Shown piece by piece: positions 1 to 8,860 of a stretch of DNA of 64,000 nucleotides. Both the position numbers and the translations under genes were made by a program. The notes below the pieces were generated by a model that was given only the letters and a program-made list of their open reading frames with translations, did not search any database and was not told the DNA's origin. Source of the stretch: Roseibacillus sp. (lineage in GTDB: Bacteria; Verrucomicrobiota; Verrucomicrobiia; Verrucomicrobiales; Akkermansiaceae); assembly GCA_051251855.1 (NCBI GenBank), contig JBPOGI010000002.1:448001-512000 (forward strand), written 5' to 3'. Numbering within the stretch: position 1 is the stretch's first letter; the number at the start of each line of letters is the position of its first letter.

Positions 1-294
1 AGGAAGGACGAGACCGGCGGCCCAGATAAGAACTGCAGCAACAATACCGTCGATGAGGCCTGCCAAAATCCGCTGAGGCAGGAGGGTTTCGGAATATTCT
101 ATCGAGGAGATTTTTTCTTCTTCGGCGGGGGCTGGCTTGGTAACGGCAGTCTCCATTGCTCCCGTCTCGACAGCAGAAATAGGGGGGCCGGAACTCGCTC
201 GGTCAAGGTTGGGAGCGGGAATGTTAGGCTTGGGAATACTAGGCTGGGGGATATTGGGTTTAGGAATATCCGGAGTCGGAGTAGAGTCGCTCAT
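1..294 (-). CDS. RDD-family membrane protein, N-terminal part (runs off window start)
   Basis: Not in ORF track. ATG at 294 opens MSDSTPTPDIPKPNIPQPSIPKPNIPAPN...LLPQRILAGLIDGIVAAVLIWAAGLVLP: Pro-rich N-terminus, then the R..A.LID start of an RDD domain. Confidence 0.75.
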   Translation of the reverse strand, partial: MSDSTPTPDIPKPNIPQPSIPKPNIPAPNLDRASSGPPISAVETGAMETAVTKPAPAEEEKISSIEYSETLLPQRILAGLIDGIVAAVLIWAAGLVLP

Positions 295-509
295 TGGCAG
301 TTAGAACAGCGAATTGAGAAGGGCGCGTCTATCTCTTTTATACGAATTGAAGACTTAATTTGAATTTCACCTCCTGATGTATATGCTATGCATTCTCAGG
401 GGATTTAAAAGGTAGATTCTCGCTGGACAAATAGTTCTCGAGAGGTGCTCTTGATTTAGCGGGAAAGAGCCGAACGAGTGGAGTCGAATTTTCTGCGGGA
501 GACTTTTCA

Positions 510-2723
510 CTAAGGGAGCCACTTGGATTTTCGAGGTTGGCTCTCTCTTTCAGGTAGGACCTGGGTCTTTGCCCAATCGTCACCAAGTCGTTTGCCTTTG
601 CTCTCTTCATCTTCGCGAACGTAAAGAATGGCAAACTCGATGGGAGCGACAAGCCATGAGAGATTTCGCAGGAGTCCAGTTTTGTAGTTCCCGGAAAGAC
701 TTCGGTTGTTGCGGTTGACGGTCCGAAGTTTCATGAATTTCTTCCCGATGCTTTGGCCGTTGAGGATTCCTAGGGAATCTTTGGTAAGAAGGTAGAGGGC
801 GGCGAACACAAAGGGCAAGACGCGAGGAGGGTTGGGGAAGAGGAGCAAACCTAAGACAAAAAAGGAACTAGCGACACCAACGTCGATGAGGGCGGCAAAA
901 GAGCGGGAGCGAAAGAGGGAGGAATGTTGCTCGCTTTGTAAATCGGGAGGGTTCTCTTCCTCTGTGGCGAGAGAGTTGTCTTCCGCGAAAGCTGGAGAGG
1001 AGAGTTTTACGACTTGGGTCGATTGTTCTTGGGATAGAGAGCAGGCCGCGAGCGGTTCTTCTGGGAGAGAGGGGGCTTGGTTTTCCTCTGCTGGAGGGGA
1101 GGGCTGGTTGGAAGAAGCTGCGATGTCGCGGTCTCTCGTCTCTAACTGCAGAGAAGGAGGGGTGGCAGGTAAGATGTCCTTCGCGGTGAAGGGGGACTTG
1201 CTTTCGACTGGCGAGGTCTGCGTTTCTAAGTGAGGGGGCTGGCTCTCATCTTCGATGAACCTAAGCGGGTCAGCAGAGACTTCCCTCTTCGTAGGAAGGT
1301 CACAGAAAGGGGGAGTAGTGGGCGCGATGAGAGTGTCGTCGTCTCCTGTAGAATCGTTGGGTGGCTGTGCGTTTTTCAGCTGGAAAGTCGCGGAACCAGT
1401 GGGGGCCTTGCTTTCGGAAGGAGAGGTGTTATTGATGGACTGAAAGAGCGAGTTGCCTCCTTCGGTTTGTAGTCTGGAAGGGGAGGCGTTCTTGTCTTTA
1501 GGTCCCCTCAAGCCCTCTTTGGGAGCAGCTTCCGAGGAAGGAGGATTTTGAGGTGAATGGGAGTGTTTGTTGTTATCTAGAATGACGGGGCGGTCAGCGA
1601 GAGGGGTATCGCCACTTCGTCTTGATTCTTTTGTAGCTGTGTCGGTTGCTTCAAGAGTCCCATTGTGCTCTTCGTTGGTATGGGGGGGGGCAAAAGAGTC
1701 CCCTTGGACTTTGGTTTTTGACCCGAAGGTCTGGCCTTCCTCGGTTGTGGGAAGAGGTTGAACTGAAGGAGTAGGAGAGTTGGTGTCTCTATCGGGGTTG
1801 ATTTCTTCGACGGAAAAAATACTCGAAGCGAGATGAGCGCTCTCTTTGGGGGCCGTTGGTTCCTCTTTTCGGGCAACTAAGCTTTCGTCTGCTGGAGAGG
1901 TTTCACTCTGTATGAGTCGGCTAGAATGAACATCAGCTGGACTTCGGGTGGTAACGAATTCTTTGGAGGAGTTTTGAGGGTGTTCTTGAGCGGCTTTGTT
2001 GAAGAGAGCTGTTGCGATGAGTCCTATCTGATCGGTGGAGGTGCTCCCGCTGGATTGAGGTGATGTCTCGGAAGAAGGCTCTTCCTGAGTGGCGCTTTCG
2101 GGGGCGGAGAGGGGGCCGAGGACAGGGGCTTGCCGGCCTCGTTCAGAGATGTCAGGAGTTGCTTCCGCTGCAACGAGAGTGTTGTTGTCTTCGTTGTAGG
2201 CGCTGAGTTTTTGTTTGGGTGAGGCTTCTTGGGAGTTGGCCTTTGTTGGGAGAGGGCTTGGGTGAGTTGTGGAGAGTAGAAGGGTGTTAGATGGAGAGCG
2301 CTTTTGGCTTTGGATAGGAAGGCTGGCTTTGAAAAGGTGGAGGGCCGAATTAAAGACTCGAGGTCTGGCAGGGGTGTCGAAGGCTGATGGAGCAGAGGGC
2401 TGCTCTTGAGCTGGCTCGTGCGCGTTGAGCGTCGGCGCTACGAGTTCCTTGGGGTAGGTGGTTTCAAGGAGGAGGGGCGGGGTGGTGTCGGTAGCGTTGT
2501 CGCTGTCGTTTTTAGCGACTTCGATGGACCAGCCGAGCTTGAGGCGTTGGACCATTTCTTCGCTGACTTCGACTTCGATTTCGCCGAGGGGTTCACCTGC
2601 AGGGGTGGCTGGTGCGGGGTCGATGGTTTCGAGGTATCGCTCCTCGTTGGTGATCTTCTTTCCTTTGATTCCCAAGGTCGGCACAGAGATGGTCGCTACC
2701 GCCGAGAAGCGGTTGCGATTCAA
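510..2723 (-). CDS. RDD-family membrane protein with long disordered Pro/Ser/Thr/Glu-rich N-terminus
   Basis: C-terminal RSFAALIDV...GQSIGKKFMKLRTV...LLRN...KRLGDDWAKTQV are RDD motifs; TTG start uncertain. Confidence 0.8.
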   Translation of the reverse strand: MNRNRFSAVATISVPTLGIKGKKITNEERYLETIDPAPATPAGEPLGEIEVEVSEEMVQRLKLGWSIEVAKNDSDNATDTTPPLLLETTYPKELVAPTLNAHEPAQEQPSAPSAFDTPARPRVFNSALHLFKASLPIQSQKRSPSNTLLLSTTHPSPLPTKANSQEASPKQKLSAYNEDNNTLVAAEATPDISERGRQAPVLGPLSAPESATQEEPSSETSPQSSGSTSTDQIGLIATALFNKAAQEHPQNSSKEFVTTRSPADVHSSRLIQSETSPADESLVARKEEPTAPKESAHLASSIFSVEEINPDRDTNSPTPSVQPLPTTEEGQTFGSKTKVQGDSFAPPHTNEEHNGTLEATDTATKESRRSGDTPLADRPVILDNNKHSHSPQNPPSSEAAPKEGLRGPKDKNASPSRLQTEGGNSLFQSINNTSPSESKAPTGSATFQLKNAQPPNDSTGDDDTLIAPTTPPFCDLPTKREVSADPLRFIEDESQPPHLETQTSPVESKSPFTAKDILPATPPSLQLETRDRDIAASSNQPSPPAEENQAPSLPEEPLAACSLSQEQSTQVVKLSSPAFAEDNSLATEEENPPDLQSEQHSSLFRSRSFAALIDVGVASSFFVLGLLLFPNPPRVLPFVFAALYLLTKDSLGILNGQSIGKKFMKLRTVNRNNRSLSGNYKTGLLRNLSWLVAPIEFAILYVREDEESKGKRLGDDWAKTQVLPERESQPRKSKWLP

Positions 2724-2780
2724 ACTGGGACCTACCTGCGCCGGACCTGACTCAGGGCTCGCTTGGAGCTTGGTGTCCGG

Positions 2781-5700
2781 TCAAGCGTCGAGGCGTTCGG
2801 CGGCTTTTTGGCCAGCGGTTTTGGCTTCGACCTTGTTCTCCTCGGTGGTGAGACGCATGCCGACGGGCTTGGAGACGCCGAACTCTTCCATGGTGACACC
2901 ATACATGATGTCAGCGCGGTTCATGGTGCGCTTGCTGTGGGTGACGATGATGAACTGGCTCTGGTCGATGAAGGCGTCGAGCACCTTGAGGAAGCGGCCG
3001 ATGTTGGATTCGTCGAGGGGCGCGTCCAGCTCGTCAAGCACACAGAAAGGGCTGGGCTTGACCTTGTAGATGGAGAAGAGGAGGGCGACTGCGGTCATGG
3101 AGCGCTCGCCACCGGAGAGGAGGCTGATGCTCTGAAGCTTTTTGCCGGGAGGTTTGGCGATGACTTCGATGCCGGATTCGAGGGGGTCGCTTTCGTCGAG
3201 CAGGACAAGGTCGGCTTTGCCTTGTTCGCCGAACAAAAGCTTAAACATATCGCGGAAGTTCTTGCGCACGGTGGCGAAGGTTGCAGCGAAGCGTTTGGTG
3301 GTTTCGTCGTTGATTTTAGCAATGACTTCGAGGAGCTCGGTCTTGGAGTTGACGAGGTCTTGGTGCTGGGTGACGACAAAGTTGTGGCGCTCTTCGAGTT
3401 CTTCGAATTCTTCGATGGCGTCGACGTTGACGGGGCCCATGGAATCGAGCTTGCGCTTGAGTTCCGTGACGAGAGTTTCGACGAGCTTCCAATCGGGGCC
3501 TGCGACTTCGAGTTCGGGGATGGAGTCGTCGTCGTTAGCCTCAGTGAGCGCCTCGACTGGCGGGGTGTCGGGAGTGTCTGGTAGTTCAATGCCGCGAGCT
3601 TTTGCCTTTTGCTCATTGATGCAAGTGAGGAGGGCGTGAGCATCGGGGCGGAAGAATTCGAGCTCGATCTGGTGGCGCTCCATGACCGCTTCTTCGAGGT
3701 TCTCGAGTTTGAGGCGAACTTTGGTGTGAGCTACTTCTTCACGTCCTCGGCGTTCGGTCGCTTTGTGGATGCGAGATCGGATGGAGGAGAGTTCGGTTTC
3801 TTTTTCCTCGATGGCGGTGCGGAGCTGCAAGCGACGTTCGTCGAAGCCGGTGAGGTCCTTCTCCAGTTCAGTGGCGGCGTCTTGGTTTTCGAGCATTTCC
3901 ATCTCGAGGGTGCTGTCGTCTTCGCAGTCGTTACCGATGCGGTTTTGGAAATCGACGATTTCAGCCTCACGCTTGACCATGAGGTTGCTCAGCTCGTCGA
4001 TTCGGCTTTGCATCGGGCGCTGTTGGTCCTGCTCGGACTGGTGGGCGCGGCGCTCGACAGCGAGTTCGGTTTGGACTTCGTTGAGTCTTTCGCTTTGTTC
4101 TTGTAAGCGCTGTTCAAGGCCGTCGGAGTCGTTTTGGAGGTCGGCCAGTTCGTTTTCGAAGATACTTACTTGGCCTTGCGCAGTGATGAATTCTGCTTCG
4201 CGGCTGGCGCGGGAATCGGTGGCGCTTTGAACGCGGTTGCCGGTGTTTTCGCGCTCGGATTGGAGTCGCTCAAGCTTACCTTCGAGGTTTTTGATCTCGC
4301 GCTCGGCGAGGGAGGTCTGGCCTTGTGCTTGAGAGACTTCGAGGCGGACTTCGTTGAGTCGGCTCTTGCACTGCTCCACTTCTTCGCGGGCGGCGTAGGA
4401 CTGAGCGTCGAGCTCTTCTACCTTTTCGCGCTCGGCGGCGAGGTCTTCTTCGAGCTGGGTGACTTCTTTAGCGAGGGCTTCGACTTCGTTCTGACGCTTG
4501 AGGACGGAGTTCCCGTCGCCCTCGGATTGGCCGCCACGGAGAATGCCGTTGGGGAAGAAGAGTTCGCCGGCAGCGGTGACGATGGTGATGTCGCCGAAGG
4601 ACTTGCGTAGCTCGGCGGCGACTTTGCGGTCGGGGACGATGAGGGTTTTCTCGAGGAGAGTTGAGACGAGGTCGGTGACGGCGTGGTCGGTTTTCACGGC
4701 ATCGGCGGCCCAGCAGAGGGCGCCTTTGGGGACGGCTTCGATTTGGTGCGCTTTGTCGAGGCCAGCGAAGTCCTTGGGAAGGAGGGCGACTTTACCGAGC
4801 TTTTTGTTGACTAGGCGGTCGATGATTTCTTCTGCAAAGTCGCTGTCTTTGACGAGGACGGCTTGCAGGGTGTCACCGAGGACTGCTTCAATGGCGACGG
4901 CGTATTCGTCGTCCACCTTGAGTCGGCTCGCGAGAACGCCATCGACTCCGGTGCGAAAGAGGTCGGGGTCGTCGAGTCCCTTGAGGACTTCTTTGGTTCC
5001 TTTGAGCAGACCTTCGCCGTTTTCGAGAACTTGCTGGAGGACATCGAGTCGGGACTGCTTTCCTGTGAAAGTGCGGTGAAGTTCGTCGGAGGCTTTCTTG
5101 GCTGCGTCGAGGTCGCCACGATTGTGTTGGTGCGCGCGCTCGGCGGTTTCGAGTGCTTCAGTGAGATCGGCTTGGCGAGTCTGAAGATCACTAAAAGCGC
5201 CGTTGGCGGTGTCTTCGCGTTCTTTCGCCTGGGCGAGTTCGTGCGCAAGGCGTTGTTCTTCTTCTTCAAGCTGCTTGGCACGCTCGCGGCTGGCTTCGGC
5301 TTGGGCGAGATCGGATTCGATTTTTGCCTGAATGGTGGCAGCGAGTGTGCGGGTGGTTTCGGCTTTGCGCCGAGTGTCACGCAACTGGGCGTTGAGTGTG
5401 TCGCGGGCGGCTCGGGCGGAGGTCACCGCCTCTTGTTGCTCGGCGACGGCTTCTTCGCTGGTGGCGATGCGCTGCTGGCGTTCTTCGCTTTGGGTTTGAG
5501 ATTCGGCGAAGTCGAACTGCTGTTGGTTGAGGCGTGCTTTCGTTTCCTCGATTTCGACACGGTGCTGTTCGATGCGCTTGTTAAGTTCGTTGCGGCGCTC
5601 TTCGTTGAAGCCCATGCGGGATTGCGCAGAGTCGGCGGCGGAGCGGTGCGAGGAGATTTGTTGGCGAAGGTCGGAGAGCTCGCTTTCGAGTTCCTGCGAG

Positions 5701-6524
5701 GCGTCGCGAGATTCAGTGACCGCTTTCTCGAAGGCTGGAAGTTCGATCTCGAGACAGTCGACTTCGTTTTCAAGGGACTTGAGATTGGTTTCGAGCTCGG
5801 ACTCGCTCGCTTTGAACTCAGTCCAGTTCTTGTGCGAAAGGTGGGTGTCGAGAATGTGAACCGAACTAGAGAGCTCTTTGTAGCGGCGGGCCTTGGAAAC
5901 TTGGCGCTTGAGAGAGTTCATGCGGCGCTCTTGCTCGGCAATGACGTCGCCGGTGCGGAGGAGGTTGGCCTCGGTGTATTCCAGTTTGCGAAGGGCTTCC
6001 TTCTTGTCCTTCTTGAACTTGGTGATGCCGGCGGCTTCCTCGAAGACGGCGCGGCGTTCTTCGGGCTTGGAGGAGAGGATTTGGTCGATCTGACCCTGGG
6101 CCATGATGGAGTAGGCGGAGCGTCCGATGCCGGTGTCCATGAAGAGCTCGTGCACATCGCGCAGGCGGCAGGCTTTGTCGTTGATGCGATACTCGGATTT
6201 GCCATCGCGGAAGACACGGCGGGTAATGGCGACTTCGTTGAACTCGGTTTTGAGCGCGACTTCGCAATCAGCCATGGTCATGATGACCTCGGCCATGTTG
6301 TGGGGCTTGCGACGGTCGGTGCCGTTGAAGATGACGTCGGCCATTTCGCCACCACGGAGGGCTTTGGCGGAGGTCTCGCCGAGGACCCAACGGATGGCGT
6401 CGACGACGTTAGATTTGCCGCAGCCATTGGGGCCAACGATGCCGGTGACGCCTGTGTCGAATTCGAAATGGGTTTTATCGGCGAACGACTTGAAGCCTTG
6501 GATATCGAGGGATTTAAGGTACAT
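2781..6524 (-). CDS. smc: Chromosome segregation protein SMC
   Basis: MYLKSLDIQGFKSF, Walker A GPNGCGKSN, coiled coils and hinge, LSGGE signature, Walker B VLDELDAPLD; start moved to the ATG at 6524. Confidence 0.97.
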   Translation of the reverse strand: MYLKSLDIQGFKSFADKTHFEFDTGVTGIVGPNGCGKSNVVDAIRWVLGETSAKALRGGEMADVIFNGTDRRKPHNMAEVIMTMADCEVALKTEFNEVAITRRVFRDGKSEYRINDKACRLRDVHELFMDTGIGRSAYSIMAQGQIDQILSSKPEERRAVFEEAAGITKFKKDKKEALRKLEYTEANLLRTGDVIAEQERRMNSLKRQVSKARRYKELSSSVHILDTHLSHKNWTEFKASESELETNLKSLENEVDCLEIELPAFEKAVTESRDASQELESELSDLRQQISSHRSAADSAQSRMGFNEERRNELNKRIEQHRVEIEETKARLNQQQFDFAESQTQSEERQQRIATSEEAVAEQQEAVTSARAARDTLNAQLRDTRRKAETTRTLAATIQAKIESDLAQAEASRERAKQLEEEEQRLAHELAQAKEREDTANGAFSDLQTRQADLTEALETAERAHQHNRGDLDAAKKASDELHRTFTGKQSRLDVLQQVLENGEGLLKGTKEVLKGLDDPDLFRTGVDGVLASRLKVDDEYAVAIEAVLGDTLQAVLVKDSDFAEEIIDRLVNKKLGKVALLPKDFAGLDKAHQIEAVPKGALCWAADAVKTDHAVTDLVSTLLEKTLIVPDRKVAAELRKSFGDITIVTAAGELFFPNGILRGGQSEGDGNSVLKRQNEVEALAKEVTQLEEDLAAEREKVEELDAQSYAAREEVEQCKSRLNEVRLEVSQAQGQTSLAEREIKNLEGKLERLQSERENTGNRVQSATDSRASREAEFITAQGQVSIFENELADLQNDSDGLEQRLQEQSERLNEVQTELAVERRAHQSEQDQQRPMQSRIDELSNLMVKREAEIVDFQNRIGNDCEDDSTLEMEMLENQDAATELEKDLTGFDERRLQLRTAIEEKETELSSIRSRIHKATERRGREEVAHTKVRLKLENLEEAVMERHQIELEFFRPDAHALLTCINEQKAKARGIELPDTPDTPPVEALTEANDDDSIPELEVAGPDWKLVETLVTELKRKLDSMGPVNVDAIEEFEELEERHNFVVTQHQDLVNSKTELLEVIAKINDETTKRFAATFATVRKNFRDMFKLLFGEQGKADLVLLDESDPLESGIEVIAKPPGKKLQSISLLSGGERSMTAVALLFSIYKVKPSPFCVLDELDAPLDESNIGRFLKVLDAFIDQSQFIIVTHSKRTMNRADIMYGVTMEEFGVSKPVGMRLTTEENKVEAKTAGQKAAERLDA

Positions 6525-6585
6525 GAGGAACTTGCCCCCTATCCTGAGGAATTCGCTCTCATTTCGCAAGCAAACGGGCTTTCAT

Positions 6586-6656
6586 GTCCACATTTAGTAG
6601 TGTTTTTTAAAATTTATACCAGATATTGATAAGCGAGGCTTAGGGGTTGTGAATAA
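6586..6656 (-). promoter_or_regulatory. Tandem NrdR-like boxes and a DnaA box upstream of smc
   Basis: Minus strand: TTATTCACA (6648-6656), CAATATCTGGT (starts 6628) and CTAAATGTGGA (starts 6597); the last two are 31 bp apart. Confidence 0.55.
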
Positions 6657-6703
6657 CTTGGATCCTTCTTTGGGGAAGTTTCTCGTCAGATTCCGATTTG
6701 CTC

Positions 6704-8773
6704 TCAATTACCGCTCTCGAGAAGCTCCAGCTGTTCTGTCACCAGCGCATGGATCTCTCGAGTGTATTCTTGGTAGAAATCCTGTTCTTGGCGGGTCGTG
6801 TAGGGGCCGGAGTTTGCTGCGGCAAAAAAGGTGTCTCTTTGGACGGCCCGATTGGTTTGGTGAGTCAGGATTGGGAGTAGGCAGGCGAGAAGAAAGGCGG
6901 CGAAGAGGAGGGAGTGCCCAATGGACTTTGCAACGAAGAAGCGAGCGAGGCGATTTTCAAGTAGGGTGAATGAGCTGCGGAAAATTTTAACCGAGAGGTA
7001 GGTGAGAGCAGGAAACGCGAGAAAGGATGGCCAGAACATTTGATGCTCGGTAGGCCAAAAGGGGAGATAGCGAAGGATGCCGTAGAGGGGCAAAATTAGG
7101 GCGACTGGTAGGATGAAGAGCCAGTCAAGTTTGCGAGCGGGTGTCGAAAGTCCGATGCTGGCGAGGCGGCGATGGAAGATGTGTCGGTTGAACCAAATTA
7201 TGAGGCAGAGCATTAGGAGAACGGCGGCTCCGACTTGAGGGCCTACAGGGAGGGTGTCACGCCAACCAAGGCCGTAATCGCGGCAGCCCAGCGGAGTGAG
7301 GCGGGTGATAAACAAGTACCATAGTGCTGCCAAACCAACGGTGAGGGCTGCGATTCCGAAGTAGTCGCGTGCGGGGTAGAGGCCGCTGAGAGTAGCGGTC
7401 ATTTTACGCTGGTTCTTGGTCCCCGGTGGTCTGAGAAAGAGGAAGAAGGGGGCGAGGAGTAAGCAAAGAAGGGCCGCGCAGGTGAGATAGAATTTTTCAA
7501 GGGTAAGCTGCCAAAGGGTGCGCTCAGGCTCGAGGTCATCGACGGTTGTTAGAGTGATTCCAGGGATAGATATCCAATAGCTTTCTCGGCTGCTGTAGAA
7601 ACCACCATGGTCAGAGCCGAACGCTGCATAGTTGCCATAGCCCTGAAGATCCCGGATCTCTTTGTAGCTGGTATCCAAGGCATCGACCGCAAGAGCATGC
7701 TTCGTACTGAGATGACCGTTGGCCTTGAGTGACTGGTATACTCTGGAAAGCCCGGAAAGAGTGAAAAGGGTAGTCGATAGTTGAGGCTGGAATGCTGGTT
7801 CGGAGCTTTGAAGCTCGGTGATACGGAGAGCGTTTTGGTAAAGTTCCCGCAGCCCCTCTTGATCGCCGTTTTGCGATAGTTCGAAAGTGACAATCTCAAG
7901 AACGCTTCTCAGCCTTAGATAACCTGAGCCGGTGGTCGCAGCCAACTGGCTTTGATAGATGATGTTTTCCTGAAATTCAGTTGTGTTTTGAGGTGACGGA
8001 AAAAGCTCGCTACGGTCATGCGTTCGTTCCACCGAATAGGCGGTGAAATGGGGGAGAGTTGCGGCTTCTTTAAGGAGGCCTACCGCATGGTGAAAATCTT
8101 TGGAATCAGTGACTCGATAGTGAAATGTTCCTGGAGGGGATCGGCTTCCGCGGTAGGTGGGGTCTGCTTCGAGGCTGGATTCGAATAGGAGACTCGCTTC
8201 TACTAGGAAGAACAATGCGTTTTGTGGATCGAGCTCCTGCCCTTTACGTGCTAGCCCGAGCAATTCGTCCATTGAGGGCTTTCGAGGATACGAGTTAGAT
8301 CGGGCCAAGAGGTGATCTGACAACGTTGCTGGATTGGAGGGGTCTTGTTCGTAGGCTTTTTTGAACCTGAGCGTTGGGTCTTGCTCATCGGGATCTCCGA
8401 GTAAAAAGAGCCGTTGCTCATCGCTCAGATGCTGAGTTCTCTTGGTGAGAGACTTGATGACAGCTTGATTGACATCGCCGTCGCCTCTGAGGGCTGCTCG
8501 TAGGTATCGAAAATCCTGGTAGAGGGAAGCTCCCGTCAATGCGACGAGGACAAGGGTGACAAGAACAATGACGAGGGGGCCGAAGAGAAAAAGCTTCTTG
8601 GGTCGAGGAGAAGGGGTTTGATGAAGGCGGATTCGGACGAGTGCTGAATGGACTGCACCTTCATTGGCTTTTCGTATTCTTGGCCCCATGAGATCCTGAG
8701 TCGATAGAGCGGCTTCCGCATTTCCTTCGAGAGGTGCGGTGAGGTGTTCGAGGAGCTCATCGGTTGTATCCAT
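6704..8773 (-). CDS. Hypothetical multi-pass membrane protein with large extracytoplasmic helical domain
   Basis: 689-aa ORF; one N-terminal TM segment, a long soluble region and several C-terminal TM segments. Confidence 0.75.
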   Translation of the reverse strand: MDTTDELLEHLTAPLEGNAEAALSTQDLMGPRIRKANEGAVHSALVRIRLHQTPSPRPKKLFLFGPLVIVLVTLVLVALTGASLYQDFRYLRAALRGDGDVNQAVIKSLTKRTQHLSDEQRLFLLGDPDEQDPTLRFKKAYEQDPSNPATLSDHLLARSNSYPRKPSMDELLGLARKGQELDPQNALFFLVEASLLFESSLEADPTYRGSRSPPGTFHYRVTDSKDFHHAVGLLKEAATLPHFTAYSVERTHDRSELFPSPQNTTEFQENIIYQSQLAATTGSGYLRLRSVLEIVTFELSQNGDQEGLRELYQNALRITELQSSEPAFQPQLSTTLFTLSGLSRVYQSLKANGHLSTKHALAVDALDTSYKEIRDLQGYGNYAAFGSDHGGFYSSRESYWISIPGITLTTVDDLEPERTLWQLTLEKFYLTCAALLCLLLAPFFLFLRPPGTKNQRKMTATLSGLYPARDYFGIAALTVGLAALWYLFITRLTPLGCRDYGLGWRDTLPVGPQVGAAVLLMLCLIIWFNRHIFHRRLASIGLSTPARKLDWLFILPVALILPLYGILRYLPFWPTEHQMFWPSFLAFPALTYLSVKIFRSSFTLLENRLARFFVAKSIGHSLLFAAFLLACLLPILTHQTNRAVQRDTFFAAANSGPYTTRQEQDFYQEYTREIHALVTEQLELLESGN

Positions 8774-8860
8774 GCGTTCGAAGATGGAAATTGTAGCAGG
8801 GATTATTCGAAGCCCTAACCTGTAAATCTATAGGGCTTGATTTTCATGCTCTCGTTCACG

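Noticed and set aside
4863..6629. 588-aa plus-strand ORF and other long antisense ORFs (e.g. 58110..59072, 63075..63974, 42427..43230)
   Set aside because: They are shadow frames opposite well-supported genes, as expected from codon bias.
6648..6656. DnaA box as a sign of the replication origin
   Set aside because: A single box in a short intergenic region, with no dnaA/dnaN or box cluster nearby; better read as a promoter site.
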